DNA of 32,000 nt from an uncultured bacterium (GCA_963699255.1 OY969425.1:1080001-1112000), one strand, 5' to 3'; positions 1 through 11,657 are shown, numbered from the stretch's first letter. The notes: generated by a model not told the origin, from the letters alone. Numbers and translations are program-made.

Positions 1-1
1 C

Positions 2-3000
2 TATGGCACAGTCGTATCAAATGTCATATCAAGCCAGCTGCAGGAAGCTAAGGGCAATTCCGTTAGTTTCAGCAAAGATAAATTGATGGGCGGAGGCGTG
101 TTTGAGCCGGGTGAATACTCCATAAGATTGAAAATGGTCGATGAGGCGGGGAACGAAGAAACGCTCAATAAGGCGAACTTCACTATCATTTCAGGATTGA
201 GCATTTCAAATGCTGTCGCATCGCCGTTAATATTCACCCCGAACGGAGATAATCACGATGACTATGTCACTTTCAAATATAAAGTATCCGGCGGCGTTGG
301 AGATGTCACGGCAAAAGTAAAGATAAAGTCTTTAGCTGGAGCCACAGTTAAGACCTTCACCTCTCAGCTTGCGTCTTCGGGCTATGATCAAGAGATTTGG
401 GATGGAAAGGATGAACATAATAACCTTTGTCCCGATGGGCAATACCAGTATGAAATATCCGCAGCCGACAGCGCAGGCAACCAAGCATCTGCAATAACAG
501 GGAGCCTTACTCTCATAAGTAAACCAACCATAGTCGTTTATGCGGATCCGAAGACTCTTTCTTCCAGCGGGAATGACATGACTATCTACTATAACATCAA
601 TTATCAGGGGCAGCTTATTACGGGTAATTCGCAGGTAACCGCGACCATATATGATCAATCTAATACAATAGTTTATTATTTTTCCGACACAAAAGGGGAA
701 GGAAATTATTCTAATAAGTGGGCCGGGCAAAACAATCAAACCGGAGGGATCGTTCCTAACGGAACTTACAGGCTGGAGGTCAAGTCATCAGATCCTACGG
801 GGACCATTTATTATTATGCGACAGATCTCGTTGTTGGCGCGCCGTTGCAGATAACGGGAGAAAGCGCCTCTCCGGCTATATTCACGCCGAACGGCGACAA
901 CCATGATGATAATACGACCATAGGATATGTCGTGAGCGGCGGGTTTGGAAGTGTTGTGTCAACGGTTGAAATAAAGACTCTATCCGGAACAACAGTAAAA
1001 ACGTTTACAGATTCGGATGTTGGAACTCCCGTTACATGTTCTTTTACATGGGATGGTAAGAACGGATCAAACAACCTGTGTCCGGATGGAAAATATCAAT
1101 ATGAGATAACCGCGGCTGATTCCACAGGGGACTTATCCGCTCAAATTACGGGAGAAATTGTTCTTGCCGCGAATCCGACGATAACTATGTCCGCAACGCC
1201 AACAACAATATCCCCGAATAGCAATGCTTCCACAATTCACTGCACGATCAATTACGGGGGATTATTTTCCGGCAATTCGCAATTAACGATTGAGGTATTC
1301 AATGGATCCGGAATCAAAGTTTACTCACTTACCGGTTCAAAAGGAGAAGGCAGCTATTCATATCTCTGGGGAGGAGAGAATAATCAGACAAGCGGCTATG
1401 TCCCGGACGGAACATACACATTGGAAGTACAGGCAACGGATCCTACGGGGACAATTTATTCATATACTGCCGATCTTGTTGTCAGCGCGGGATTACAGGT
1501 AACAGGAGAGAGTGCTGTGCCGATAATATTTTCGCCAAACGGGGATAATCATTATGACACAACGACCATTTCATATTTTGTTTCCGGCGGTGTCGGAAAT
1601 GGTGTATCAACGGTAGAGATAAAGTCATTAGCGGGCACTACAGTGAAAGTCTTTTCTAGTCCCTATTCCCCAGGCTCTAATCCCTCCTTTACTTGGGACG
1701 GCAAAGATATATCAGGCAGTTTATGTCCCGACGGCGAGTATACTTATGTGATAACAGCATCCGATTCCGCGGGCAATTCATCTCCAATAGTTTCAGGCGG
1801 CATTGTTCTTGCCGCAAACGCAGCAATATCCATGTATGCGGATCCAAAAACATTGTCTCCAAATGGCGATGGGATAACTAATGCTTCAACAATGTACTGT
1901 GTGATCAGCTACGGAGGCTTGATCTCTGGTGATTCGCAAATAGCGATGGATATTTTCGATCATTCCGGCATTAAAGTTTACTCGCTTACCGATACAAAGG
2001 GAGAAGGCAGCTATTCATATGCCTGGGGTGGTGTGAACAACCAGGCAGGCGTATTTGTGCCGGACGGGACTTACACTCTAAAAATGCAAGCGTCGGATCC
2101 CACAGGAACCATTTACTCATATACAACTGACCTTCTGGTCAGCGCGGAATTAAAGATAACCGGAGAAAGCGCCGTGCCGGTAATATTTACGCCTAACGGA
2201 GATGGACATGACGATACTACGACAATTTCATACCTTGTTTCCGGTGGTGTCAGCAGCGTCACTGCAACAGTAGAGATTAAGTCCTTAGCAAGAACCATAG
2301 TTAAGTCTTTTACTGATACTGTACACAGTACACCGTCAACTATAAATGTTACATGGGATGGAAATGATGGATCGGGCAGCATGTGTCCAGATGGAAAATA
2401 TATATGTGAAATATCAGCTTTGGACAGCGCCGGCAATGTAAGTTCATTAACCGGCGGCGATATTACATTGGTTAAAAGCACGACCATATCCTTAGAGGCG
2501 GCCCCGCTAAAGATCTCTCCAAACGGAGGTGGAGTCGATGAATACACGGTGATTTCATATTCCATTGACTATAAAGGCGGCTTGATCTCCGGTAATTCGC
2601 AGATAGCTATAAATATCTATGATAAAACAGGAACAAAAGTCTATAGTTTTACCGATACAAAAGGAGAAGGAAACTACTCGCTTAACTGGGGCGGACTGAA
2701 TAACCAGATCGGCGGTAAAGTCCTGGATGGAACTTATACGCTGGAGGTACAGGCAACGGATCCGACAGGGACAGTTTATCCGTTCATAGCTGATATTATA
2801 ATTGACAGAGGTCCGCCCAAGATAACGGATAACGGTATAAGCCCTACAGAGCCGATAACACCAAATGGAGATCGCCAGCAAGACGACGTCACCATTAAGT
2901 ATCAAGTTACTGATGTGGGAAATCCTATATCGTCTATAGAAGTCGAAATATACAATTCTGCTGTTACATTTGATGCATCTACTCTTGTCCGGCGCATTAT

Positions 3001-6000
3001 TGGATCGGCGGGCGGTGATACTTTATGGGATGGAAGAGTAGATGTTACAGGTGGCAACGGAGACAAAGATGGTAATGGATACGCGGACGAAGGCTTATAT
3101 AAATATGTCATAAAGGCGTCGGATATATTTGGAAACACCGCTACACTTGTCTCTACAAACAGCATACAGGTTGATAAAGTTTATCTGAGTTTTGGCGAGA
3201 TATTAAGCGATCCAAGTAACCCGTATTTTTCGCCGAACGGTGACAGCGTAAAAGATTCTACTGTCATTTCATTCAATCTTGAGACCACGGAGGAAGTTCA
3301 TCCATATTATCTGCAGTCGAAAGGGATGAAGATCGCCGGAATGAAGATCCTGTCGTCCGGCTACAATGTAGGAAAAGTCACGATGAAGATCAAGGATATG
3401 TCTGGAAACACAATTAGAACACTTATGGATTCAGTTTCGCGCGAAGCAGGAATAACATATGAGGTCACGTGGGACGGGAAGGATTCATCTGGCATAGTCG
3501 TACCAGATGGTTCCTACACAATAGAAGTTAAAGCCGTTGATATGATAGGCGACCCGGCAACGAACAGCATTATTTCCGGCATAACTTCAAATTGCAGCCA
3601 GGCTGTTGTTGATACTGTATCACCGATCGCGCAGATCACCAGCCCGGCGGATGGTTCATGGCAGAAAGGGATCATTAATATTGTCGGGAGCGCTTCTGAT
3701 GCAAATCCCATGAGTTATTCTCTTGGATATGACGGTTCATCCACGAATATCGGGTCTGGTGCGGGGAATAAGATAAATGAAGCCATTGTTTCCTGGGATG
3801 CGTCCGCTGTCAATAAGACCTGCACGTTAGAGCTTTATGCGGTTGATGCGGCTGGAAATACGGCTGAAGCGATCAGGACATTCAATGTGGACAATCTGCC
3901 TCCGCAAATATCAAACATATCGATCATGTCAAACGGCCAGCAAAGAAGTTATTTTAATCCCTATCTTGACGGTTCAATTTCAGTCGAGTGTCAGATAGAT
4001 GATAACTCTTTCAACGCTGGCGCGGGTGGTTATTCTGTCCCCTGCTCCACCATTACCATCGATTCAGATGTATGGAACGGCGCGACGAAGATAGCCACGC
4101 TTAAAAGTAATCAACCTGTGACAAGCGGTAATAAATATGTTAGCTGGACCGGTCTTAACGATTCCAGTCCCAGCGATTACGTAAATGAAGGCGATTATCA
4201 GATAAGATTATCCGTGACCGATCTCGCGGGAAATAATACTATTGTTACAAGAACAGTATCTCTGGTCGATGACCAGAAGATAACAAGCCGTGAAGGTGGC
4301 TCATATTCGCACGATCCGAATTTGGCGTTATCAGGCACAAGTCTAAACTTAAGGTTTATTACAGGAGAAAGCTGGGGCCAAGCACAGATAAAGTCTGACA
4401 GGCTTAGTGTTTCGGGCAGAGACAAATGTCAACAAAAATGGGTTGGCAGCGTTCAATGTGACAAATCGCAAACTGTGGAGGTGATAGACAGCTATCATGT
4501 TCAAACCCAATATCAAGATCAAATATATTGCTGGAATTATTTAAATAATGCATCGGGCGTGAATGTATGGAACAACGGCCATTCTCATTACACGAACAGC
4601 AGTGCTACATATAATGCAACTGTATCAAAGGCAATGAGATGTCAAACTATTTTCTGGCTTGATTCGGAATTAATGAATCCGTATGGTTATGGTGTTGGCG
4701 ATGCGGATATGACCGTAATATTTCAAGAAAGAAAATATAATCTCAACAAAACCTGTAATGTCACTAGCTTACAGGCTTTGAATAACGCTTCTTCGCCAAT
4801 ATTTGAAGGCGATACATACGAATCTTTTGCTTGTGGCGGTGCGACCAAACATTTGGTATGGGCTTCTAAATTCTATACGGTGGCGGGCAATGGGCCATCA
4901 GGAGGAGGCCCTTATGTTTACACCAATAATTATGAGATTATATATAACAAAAGTGTGAACGGGATATTAAATTATGACAATAATGGCAATACCTACTATC
5001 CTTTAGAGATAAAATTGACAAATAAATCTGCTGGCGATTCCATAAACCCTGCCGTTGCCACCGATTCTACCACCGGCAATAAAGTCTATGTTGTCTGGGA
5101 GGATTATCGAAACGGAAGCGGACAAATATTCATCAATAGATCAACCACATCTGGTGAAGTTTGGGCAGGGGATGTTCCTCTAACTTCAGAAACGAATTGT
5201 TCAACCCCGTCGATCGCAACAGACTCATCCGGAAATACAATCTATGTCGCTTTTGCGAAGCAGGTGAACGGGCATAAAGAACTCAATGTTATGAAAAGCG
5301 ATAATGGCGGAACTCGATGGCATGGCCCAGTAAGAATAACAAGATATGAATTTTCCACCTGTGAAGCTTCAAAGTCATCGATAGTCTGTGACGCGTCCGG
5401 CAATGCCTATGTCGCCTGGGAAGATACAAGGGCAGGCACATCAGAAATATTCTTCCAGAAAATACCATCAAATTTTGCGCCATTTTCAAGCCCTGGAATG
5501 ACGATAATGTCCATGCCTCAACAGCCAATAGTTCAGGCTCCGATCACTATAACATCCACCTCAAGCACGCCGGAGCTTATTTCCCCGGTCGATAAAGCAA
5601 CTGTTAAAGCCCTTCGTCCGACATTCAAATGGTATGGGGTACAAAATGTTACGGATTATCGAATAGAATGCGCGACTTCATCAGATGAATCATCTCTTGC
5701 CAATTCACTTGATTATTTCACGGCAACGATCTCCGATGTATCAGGCGCCAAACCTGTGTGCGAATTTACTCAGAACGAACACTTCATGGGGCTTGATGAA
5801 AGCACTCCTAGCAATCCTTACTGGTATTGGAGAGTGCAGACTATCACTTCAGAAGCTTCGACATCTGAAGTCGGTTCTTTCAGGATCGAACTGCCCACAA
5901 GCCTATCAGGCGTTACCAACTGGCCCAATCCATTCGATCCTAATAAAGAAAGAACGAAGATCCGATATCGGCTCGGCAGAGAACCCAATTCAGTAACGAT

Positions 6001-6217
6001 TAGGATATATGACATCACTGGAGCATTGGTTAAAGAACTTGACGGAACTACGAATCCCGAAGGAGCCAGTATTTGGAATAAATATAACGATGTTGAATGG
6101 GATGGACGCAACGGCAGAGGCGACTTAGTTCTTAACGGCATTTATCCGTTTGAGATAACCGTTAATTACGGTGATAAGTCCGTGACGGGAAGAGGAAATA
6201 TAGCAGTGCTAAAATGA
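2..6217 (+). CDS. Giant extracellular repeat protein, 5' truncated by window edge, with FlgD-like Ig C-terminal domain
   Basis: Frame open from base 2, upstream of the listed TTG start at 83. Repeated blocks such as GESAxPxIFTPNGDxHxDxTTIxYxVSGG and KGEGxYSYxWGGxNNQ. C-terminus GVTNWPNPFDPNKERTKIRYRL...VTIRIYDITGALVKEL...NGIYPFEI is FlgD Ig-like/T9SS-type in style. Confidence 0.85.
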   Translation, partial: YGTVVSNVISSQLQEAKGNSVSFSKDKLMGGGVFEPGEYSIRLKMVDEAGNEETLNKANFTIISGLSISNAVASPLIFTPNGDNHDDYVTFKYKVSGGVGDVTAKVKIKSLAGATVKTFTSQLASSGYDQEIWDGKDEHNNLCPDGQYQYEISAADSAGNQASAITGSLTLISKPTIVVYADPKTLSSSGNDMTIYYNINYQGQLITGNSQVTATIYDQSNTIVYYFSDTKGEGNYSNKWAGQNNQTGGIVPNGTYRLEVKSSDPTGTIYYYATDLVVGAPLQITGESASPAIFTPNGDNHDDNTTIGYVVSGGFGSVVSTVEIKTLSGTTVKTFTDSDVGTPVTCSFTWDGKNGSNNLCPDGKYQYEITAADSTGDLSAQITGEIVLAANPTITMSATPTTISPNSNASTIHCTINYGGLFSGNSQLTIEVFNGSGIKVYSLTGSKGEGSYSYLWGGENNQTSGYVPDGTYTLEVQATDPTGTIYSYTADLVVSAGLQVTGESAVPIIFSPNGDNHYDTTTISYFVSGGVGNGVSTVEIKSLAGTTVKVFSSPYSPGSNPSFTWDGKDISGSLCPDGEYTYVITASDSAGNSSPIVSGGIVLAANAAISMYADPKTLSPNGDGITNASTMYCVISYGGLISGDSQIAMDIFDHSGIKVYSLTDTKGEGSYSYAWGGVNNQAGVFVPDGTYTLKMQASDPTGTIYSYTTDLLVSAELKITGESAVPVIFTPNGDGHDDTTTISYLVSGGVSSVTATVEIKSLARTIVKSFTDTVHSTPSTINVTWDGNDGSGSMCPDGKYICEISALDSAGNVSSLTGGDITLVKSTTISLEAAPLKISPNGGGVDEYTVISYSIDYKGGLISGNSQIAINIYDKTGTKVYSFTDTKGEGNYSLNWGGLNNQIGGKVLDGTYTLEVQATDPTGTVYPFIADIIIDRGPPKITDNGISPTEPITPNGDRQQDDVTIKYQVTDVGNPISSIEVEIYNSAVTFDASTLVRRIIGSAGGDTLWDGRVDVTGGNGDKDGNGYADEGLYKYVIKASDIFGNTATLVSTNSIQVDKVYLSFGEILSDPSNPYFSPNGDSVKDSTVISFNLETTEEVHPYYLQSKGMKIAGMKILSSGYNVGKVTMKIKDMSGNTIRTLMDSVSREAGITYEVTWDGKDSSGIVVPDGSYTIEVKAVDMIGDPATNSIISGITSNCSQAVVDTVSPIAQITSPADGSWQKGIINIVGSASDANPMSYSLGYDGSSTNIGSGAGNKINEAIVSWDASAVNKTCTLELYAVDAAGNTAEAIRTFNVDNLPPQISNISIMSNGQQRSYFNPYLDGSISVECQIDDNSFNAGAGGYSVPCSTITIDSDVWNGATKIATLKSNQPVTSGNKYVSWTGLNDSSPSDYVNEGDYQIRLSVTDLAGNNTIVTRTVSLVDDQKITSREGGSYSHDPNLALSGTSLNLRFITGESWGQAQIKSDRLSVSGRDKCQQKWVGSVQCDKSQTVEVIDSYHVQTQYQDQIYCWNYLNNASGVNVWNNGHSHYTNSSATYNATVSKAMRCQTIFWLDSELMNPYGYGVGDADMTVIFQERKYNLNKTCNVTSLQALNNASSPIFEGDTYESFACGGATKHLVWASKFYTVAGNGPSGGGPYVYTNNYEIIYNKSVNGILNYDNNGNTYYPLEIKLTNKSAGDSINPAVATDSTTGNKVYVVWEDYRNGSGQIFINRSTTSGEVWAGDVPLTSETNCSTPSIATDSSGNTIYVAFAKQVNGHKELNVMKSDNGGTRWHGPVRITRYEFSTCEASKSSIVCDASGNAYVAWEDTRAGTSEIFFQKIPSNFAPFSSPGMTIMSMPQQPIVQAPITITSTSSTPELISPVDKATVKALRPTFKWYGVQNVTDYRIECATSSDESSLANSLDYFTATISDVSGAKPVCEFTQNEHFMGLDESTPSNPYWYWRVQTITSEASTSEVGSFRIELPTSLSGVTNWPNPFDPNKERTKIRYRLGREPNSVTIRIYDITGALVKELDGTTNPEGASIWNKYNDVEWDGRNGRGDLVLNGIYPFEITVNYGDKSVTGRGNIAVLK
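226..2830 (+). repeat. Tandem ~650-bp coding repeats in the giant surface protein
   Basis: The PNGDNHDD-type motif recurs near nt 235, 883, 1536 and 2190 in the same frame, with the same following block order. Confidence 0.8.
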
Positions 6218-7230
6218 AAAACATTCAACATCAAACAGCAAACTTCCAAATAATATCCGCAACCAAAAAACCAGCATTTGGGATCTGGATATTGATAATT
6301 GGGATTTGTTTTGGATTTTGTAGTTGGATGTTGGAAGTCCCATGCTTTGCCACTGACACCGGTCAAGCCGGTCTGGATATCGCAGTCCTTGAAGCCGGTG
6401 TTGGAGCCAGAGCTTTGGGAATGGGCGGCGCTTTTACAGCCGTGGCTGATAACGCCGACGCACCATTCTGGAACCCGGCGGGGCTAGCCCAAATAAACAA
6501 CAATGAAATAACGGCTATGCAGACAAAGTTGTCCACCGATGCTGATCATTATTATGTCAGCTATGTCACTCCCCTTTTGGGCGGAGGCTTAGGTATAAGC
6601 TGGATACAGGTGGGAATGAATTCTATTACCCAGACAGGGAATTCCACGAGCGAATACAACGAAGTGACCAATCTTGGCATATTCAGTTATTTCTCAAATG
6701 CCTATCTTCTCGCTTACGGAAGGAACATTACAGATAATTTAAGCTTCGGTATCACCGCCAAGTATCTCACATCTGACATGCCGGGGTTGGTATCTATCGA
6801 AGGTGCCAGCGCATACGGATATTCTATCACTCCTGGACTGCTCTACAAACCGACAAGAGAACTTTCAATCGGCCTCAAGATAGACGAACTTATCAATTAC
6901 CAGAAGTGGGGAACGGATGCAGAGGAAATAGTGCCGTCGATATCCAGGCTTGGAATATCTTATGCAACACGGGTCCCATTGCTCGGCAATCCGCTGTTGT
7001 TATCCGGGGATATAAGCCAGATAAATAAAGCCGGATATGTTCCTGAAGGAAGTGCTGGAGCCGAAGCTAAATTTGGACAGATCGCTTTTAGAATTGGATA
7101 TAGCGAACAATCAATGACCGGAGGGGCCGGTTTTGAAGCAGACCACATCAGTATAGATTATGCATATGTAACTCAAACCAGTTTGACGAAAGATAACGTG
7201 CATAGGGTCAGTTTGACCGGTCGGTGGTAG
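6214..7230 (+). CDS. PorV/PorQ-like outer membrane protein (UPF0164-like)
   Basis: Signal-like N-terminus, then AGLDIAVLEAGVGARALGMGGAFTAVADNADAPFWNPAGLAQI, typical of this family; start overlaps the upstream stop. Confidence 0.75.
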   Translation: MKNIQHQTANFQIISATKKPAFGIWILIIGICFGFCSWMLEVPCFATDTGQAGLDIAVLEAGVGARALGMGGAFTAVADNADAPFWNPAGLAQINNNEITAMQTKLSTDADHYYVSYVTPLLGGGLGISWIQVGMNSITQTGNSTSEYNEVTNLGIFSYFSNAYLLAYGRNITDNLSFGITAKYLTSDMPGLVSIEGASAYGYSITPGLLYKPTRELSIGLKIDELINYQKWGTDAEEIVPSISRLGISYATRVPLLGNPLLLSGDISQINKAGYVPEGSAGAEAKFGQIAFRIGYSEQSMTGGAGFEADHISIDYAYVTQTSLTKDNVHRVSLTGRW

Positions 7231-7248
7231 ATCGATCTCGATAGCAGA

Positions 7249-8235
7249 TTGGGAGGGAAAATGAAAATAACTTTCTTGACCATATTAATTATTGCAGTTT
7301 ACTGCTCGATCGTTTTTTCCATGGGAACTACGCCGCCGACTAGTGAAGTTGCTATTGTCCCTTCCGTTGCGTTCGTGAGATCGATAGGCTCCGCCGGTTC
7401 CGGGAACGGCCAATTCCTTTATACCCGTGATGTTTGTGTCGGGGCCTACGGCGACCTTTCAACCGGCCTTGGGAACATCTTTGTCGCTGATACGGGAAAT
7501 AACAGGATCCAGGTCTTTGACAGCGGCGGCGATTTTTTGTTCCAGTTCGGGAGCTTTGGAAGCGACATAGGAAAGTTCAACTCGCCGTCAAATGTCGTGG
7601 TCGATTTCAATTTCAGTATCTATGTTATGGACAGGGAGAACAGCAGAGTGCAGAAATTCGACATTAGAGGCAATTATTTATCCCAATTCGGCTCTTTTGG
7701 AACGGACTCAGGACAATTCAGTGACCCCTGCGGCTTGGCAGTTGATTCCTGGGGAAGGATATTTGTCGCAGACACCGGCAACAACAGAATACAAGAATTT
7801 GATTCATCTAGTTCTTTTCTGGCTTCAATAGGAGCGTTCGGTTGGGGTGATGGCTTCTTTGACACACCTCGTGATGTCGCAATAGATAAAGACAAGAATA
7901 TCTATGTTGCGGATACGAAGAACGACAGGGTCCAGAAACTTGATGAATTCGGGAAACCGATACTCTCTTTTGGGAAATCCGGCAGCGGTGACGGCGAGTT
8001 CCACAGTCCCTCAGGGATCGCAGTCGATGATAAATTCATATGTGTGAGTGACAGCGGGAACAACAGGGTGCAGGTATTTAACAAGAGTGGAGTGTTTCTC
8101 GCGAAATTCGGATCGATAGGCTCAAAGAACGGTGAGTTCAACGATCCAACCGGCATATCGATCGGCAAACCCGGTCAGCTTTTTATTGCTGACACAAATA
8201 ACCATCGCGTGCAGGAATTTAAAATAAGTTTCTGA
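7249..8235 (+). CDS. NHL-repeat beta-propeller protein
   Basis: Repeated IFVADTGNNRIQVFDSxGxFLxxFGSxGxxxGxFxxPxGVAVD units. Confidence 0.85.
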   Translation: MGGKMKITFLTILIIAVYCSIVFSMGTTPPTSEVAIVPSVAFVRSIGSAGSGNGQFLYTRDVCVGAYGDLSTGLGNIFVADTGNNRIQVFDSGGDFLFQFGSFGSDIGKFNSPSNVVVDFNFSIYVMDRENSRVQKFDIRGNYLSQFGSFGTDSGQFSDPCGLAVDSWGRIFVADTGNNRIQEFDSSSSFLASIGAFGWGDGFFDTPRDVAIDKDKNIYVADTKNDRVQKLDEFGKPILSFGKSGSGDGEFHSPSGIAVDDKFICVSDSGNNRVQVFNKSGVFLAKFGSIGSKNGEFNDPTGISIGKPGQLFIADTNNHRVQEFKISF

Positions 8236-8348
8236 CCCGAAATTAGAACTTGCCAGTATCCATCGGGCCGGTTCCGCATCTGCAATTCGGATCCAAAGGA
8301 CCATACGATATGGGTGTAACTAATAATGGATGCAATGCGGGATACAAT

Positions 8349-11300
8349 ATGGCGCCGAAGGTGTTCCCCTCGGGATATTTTCTTTTTGTTCTGTTAGCGA
8401 TTATTGTGATATTTTTCATCAATTCTTTCGCCTTTGCCATTTCAAAACCCAGTTCCGAGTTCCGCCATTTAAAAGGTGCAAGTACTGAGGCTTACGACAT
8501 CCTTCTTAATCCGTATCCGATACCCATTGGAAAAGATGTCGGGATCAGGGTTTCCGTCCCGCACGATCCACAAAAGGTAGTTTTCGTTTTTGATAAGAAT
8601 GCCAAATACACGCTCGGCAAGGTTGGGAATTACTGGAGAGGCATCATAAGATTGCCAGATAACCATGCGGAAGGATGGAATCTTTCTTTTGTCTATATCA
8701 AATACAAAAGATCAGATATCGATCGTGCGGCAGCGCAAAAGTTGCTGACGTTCTTTAAAAAGCTGTTCGCCAGTGTCAGGCTGACTAATAAATACAGCGA
8801 TTATATAATGTTCGAGGGCAAGATATGGATTAGAGCATACAGAGTGCCTGAGAACCAATTGATAAGCATTAAGTCTAAACCTGCGACTTCCGTTGAAGCG
8901 ATCTCAACACCTGAAGTTGTGCCCGTTATTATGACGCCTTCCGTTGAATCGGTTTTAACATCAGAAGCCATACCTTTTAAGGTTGTAACGTCCCTAGAAT
9001 CTAATCCGATCATTACGGCCAAACCTTCCATTGAAGCAGCTACAACTCTTGAAGCAGCCCCTTTAACGGTTCCGGTTTCTACCGGATCGCTTTTTTCGCC
9101 TGAAGCTACAATAACATCAGAAGCGGGATCGACCGGAGAGGCCTTTTGTTTTAAGATAAAAGGGACAAAATCGATCAATTTTGTTAGCAGGTCAATAGAG
9201 GGCAGCAAGGAAGGCTTTGTGCCGGGGCTGACAAGGGATGAGGCTCTTAGGATAAACATTTCCGGTGCCGCCAAGGATGGGACTGAGGTGGACGCGAGTT
9301 TCATTTCCACATCAACATCTGGCACGACAGCCTTAACGCAGAACGATGACAAAATATCGATCCTGGTAAAAAGAGCGAGCACCGAAGCCTACCTTGGGGA
9401 TTTCATAGGCGATTTTAACGATACCGAATTCGCGCGGCTTAATAAGAGCTTATCCGGCGTCAAGATTTCCGGTGATTATGCTACATGGGGTTTCAAGGCG
9501 CTCTATGCGACTCCTCGCGGTGACGCGAAGTATTACAGAGCCTACGGCAATGGAACGCAGGGGCCTTATTCCCTTGGCACTTCGCCGGTCGTAGTGGACA
9601 GCGATAAAGTTTATCTTGACGGGGCTCAGCAGAGACGCGGCAGCGATTACACGATCGACTATCAGGCAGGGACGATCACGTTCAAGAGCGCAGTGGTCAT
9701 AAGCACTTCGATAATCGAAGCTTATTACGACTGGAGCGAGACCCTTTATCAGCACTCGACCATCGGATTAAGATACAGGCAGACCGTCAATGATGACCTT
9801 AAGCTTGGGTTCACGTATATTAACGATTCGGATAGTACTTATAAAGCTTCGGAGATAAGAGACTCGCTTTCTGCGACAATTGAGCCGACAAGCCACTACA
9901 TCGTCGGCATCGACGGTTCAACAAAACTATTCGGCAACACGCTTATAAACTCCGAGCTCGCGTATTCGAATATAGACCTTAATATCCTTGAGCCTAACAA
10001 GACAATGGAGATAGGCAAGGCGTTCAAAATGGACACGACTACCGCGCAGGGGCCATTCACTTTGTTAACTAACTATAAAAGAGTTGGGGCGGGATTCAGC
10101 GCTATCGGAGACGCCGCGCCGCAGCAGGATGTGGATCAGTATGGCGGACTGTTCAGTTTCAGGCCGAGCAATATATATTATTTGGAAACGAATTATGCCT
10201 ACGATAAGTATAAACTCCTGGGAACACAATATTTGACAACCGACAAAAGCTTTAAGTCCAAATTCACTCCAGAGGATATCCCTTCTTTGAATTATGTTTA
10301 CAGGGAGACTGAGGATTCGAACGACCCAGTGACGGCTGCGCAGATAGACCGTTTAACGACACAGAATAATGTGGATTCAAGCTATAAATACGCGGGATTT
10401 TTGGTCTCGACACTGCAAGGAGGGATAGAGGAGAGAAGGAACAGGGAGCCTTCACTGGAAGTGACGACTTACAGGACCGTTAATTTCGGCACAGCCACTT
10501 ACGGCCTTGATAGGATATCCGCCTCCGGGAACATCGAATTAAAGGATACACAACTCCCGGATAAAACGAATCCTTTGACCAAGACATACAGCGCACTTGT
10601 TTCTGCAACGCCGACCAAAGACTATTTCGGCTCTCTTTCGCTCCAGATAATCGACGATTCCATCCAGGGAACAACAAATGTTACGGATCTTAATTACAAA
10701 GCAACTCCCGTGAATAATTTCTCAACTGACGGAAAATACACGATATCTTCCGTCCGGGAGGATTTTAACGGGACGTCGGAAGCGGTTTCAAAGCAAACAG
10801 GGTCCTTCCGATTTGATTACAGGCCGATCGATCCCATAAAGCTTAGGTATTATTACAAGCCGAATTTTACCCGGGTAGAGAGCTCCAATGCTTTAAGTTT
10901 CAACGATGAGGTTAATCAAGCCGAAATATATTATGCACCGCTCAGGGAGCTTTCAACGGGACTTGTTTATAAGACCGAAAATCTGATGAACCTAGATAGG
11001 ACCGACCCGGATTTTAAAAGAGAAGCCAACCGGCAGAATACGTATGACACGACCCTGCTCATTAATTCAGCTCCTTACAGGTTCTTATCGCTTGAACTCA
11101 GCTGCCAGAATACAGACCTTTTCCTTACTGAGCAGACCACTCCGGGGGCAACCGCTTATGACAGTTCGATCGGGAACACAAAGAAGTATGATATTAGCGC
11201 GAAGACATCGCTTTCGGAGCAATTCTCGATCGATTCGAGTTATTCTTACCAGAATCAGAACCAGTCGAGCACCAGCACAGCAGAAGAAATCGATGCACTT

Positions 11301-11657
11301 ACCCAGACGATAAATCTAAAAGGATTGTGGAACATTGATCAGTCCTGGTCGGTGTTTGCCAGTTATTCTTATTCGGAAATGGACAACCGCCTTTTAACGG
11401 ATGATGACATGACATATACTGTGTCGCCGGGAATGGGGGCCACATATAAAATAGGGGATATTCTAAGGGTTGACGCGCAATACACCAGATCCCAGTCTTT
11501 TGCCGCTTCAACCGCTCAGGTAGATACTTATTCGCTCAATACCAAATATGATCCCAATCAATACGTTCATATAAATATTCGTGGAACGCGGGAGATAAGC
11601 GTTGACCCGGATTACAAGTCTACTGAAATAATGGGAAGCTTTGATATCGTGTTGTGA
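8349..11657 (+). CDS. Large outer-membrane/beta-barrel-like surface protein
   Basis: Long ORF; the Met at 8349 followed by a hydrophobic segment is a better start than 8250. C-terminal half has alternating strand patterns (YYYKPNFTRVESSNALSFNDEVNQAEIYYAP, SMDSSYSYQNQN-like) ending IMGSFDIVL. Confidence 0.6.
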   Translation: MAPKVFPSGYFLFVLLAIIVIFFINSFAFAISKPSSEFRHLKGASTEAYDILLNPYPIPIGKDVGIRVSVPHDPQKVVFVFDKNAKYTLGKVGNYWRGIIRLPDNHAEGWNLSFVYIKYKRSDIDRAAAQKLLTFFKKLFASVRLTNKYSDYIMFEGKIWIRAYRVPENQLISIKSKPATSVEAISTPEVVPVIMTPSVESVLTSEAIPFKVVTSLESNPIITAKPSIEAATTLEAAPLTVPVSTGSLFSPEATITSEAGSTGEAFCFKIKGTKSINFVSRSIEGSKEGFVPGLTRDEALRINISGAAKDGTEVDASFISTSTSGTTALTQNDDKISILVKRASTEAYLGDFIGDFNDTEFARLNKSLSGVKISGDYATWGFKALYATPRGDAKYYRAYGNGTQGPYSLGTSPVVVDSDKVYLDGAQQRRGSDYTIDYQAGTITFKSAVVISTSIIEAYYDWSETLYQHSTIGLRYRQTVNDDLKLGFTYINDSDSTYKASEIRDSLSATIEPTSHYIVGIDGSTKLFGNTLINSELAYSNIDLNILEPNKTMEIGKAFKMDTTTAQGPFTLLTNYKRVGAGFSAIGDAAPQQDVDQYGGLFSFRPSNIYYLETNYAYDKYKLLGTQYLTTDKSFKSKFTPEDIPSLNYVYRETEDSNDPVTAAQIDRLTTQNNVDSSYKYAGFLVSTLQGGIEERRNREPSLEVTTYRTVNFGTATYGLDRISASGNIELKDTQLPDKTNPLTKTYSALVSATPTKDYFGSLSLQIIDDSIQGTTNVTDLNYKATPVNNFSTDGKYTISSVREDFNGTSEAVSKQTGSFRFDYRPIDPIKLRYYYKPNFTRVESSNALSFNDEVNQAEIYYAPLRELSTGLVYKTENLMNLDRTDPDFKREANRQNTYDTTLLINSAPYRFLSLELSCQNTDLFLTEQTTPGATAYDSSIGNTKKYDISAKTSLSEQFSIDSSYSYQNQNQSSTSTAEEIDALTQTINLKGLWNIDQSWSVFASYSYSEMDNRLLTDDDMTYTVSPGMGATYKIGDILRVDAQYTRSQSFAASTAQVDTYSLNTKYDPNQYVHINIRGTREISVDPDYKSTEIMGSFDIVL

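Noticed and set aside
1-237. Minus ORFs opposite the giant surface protein (1-237, 332-739, 814-1074, 2113-2565 and similar)
   Set aside because: They lie antisense to a clearly coding, repeat-bearing frame; likely spurious.
226-2830. Tandem repeats as a CRISPR array
   Set aside because: The ~650-bp periodic units are in-frame protein repeats; no short direct-repeat/spacer pattern found anywhere in the window.
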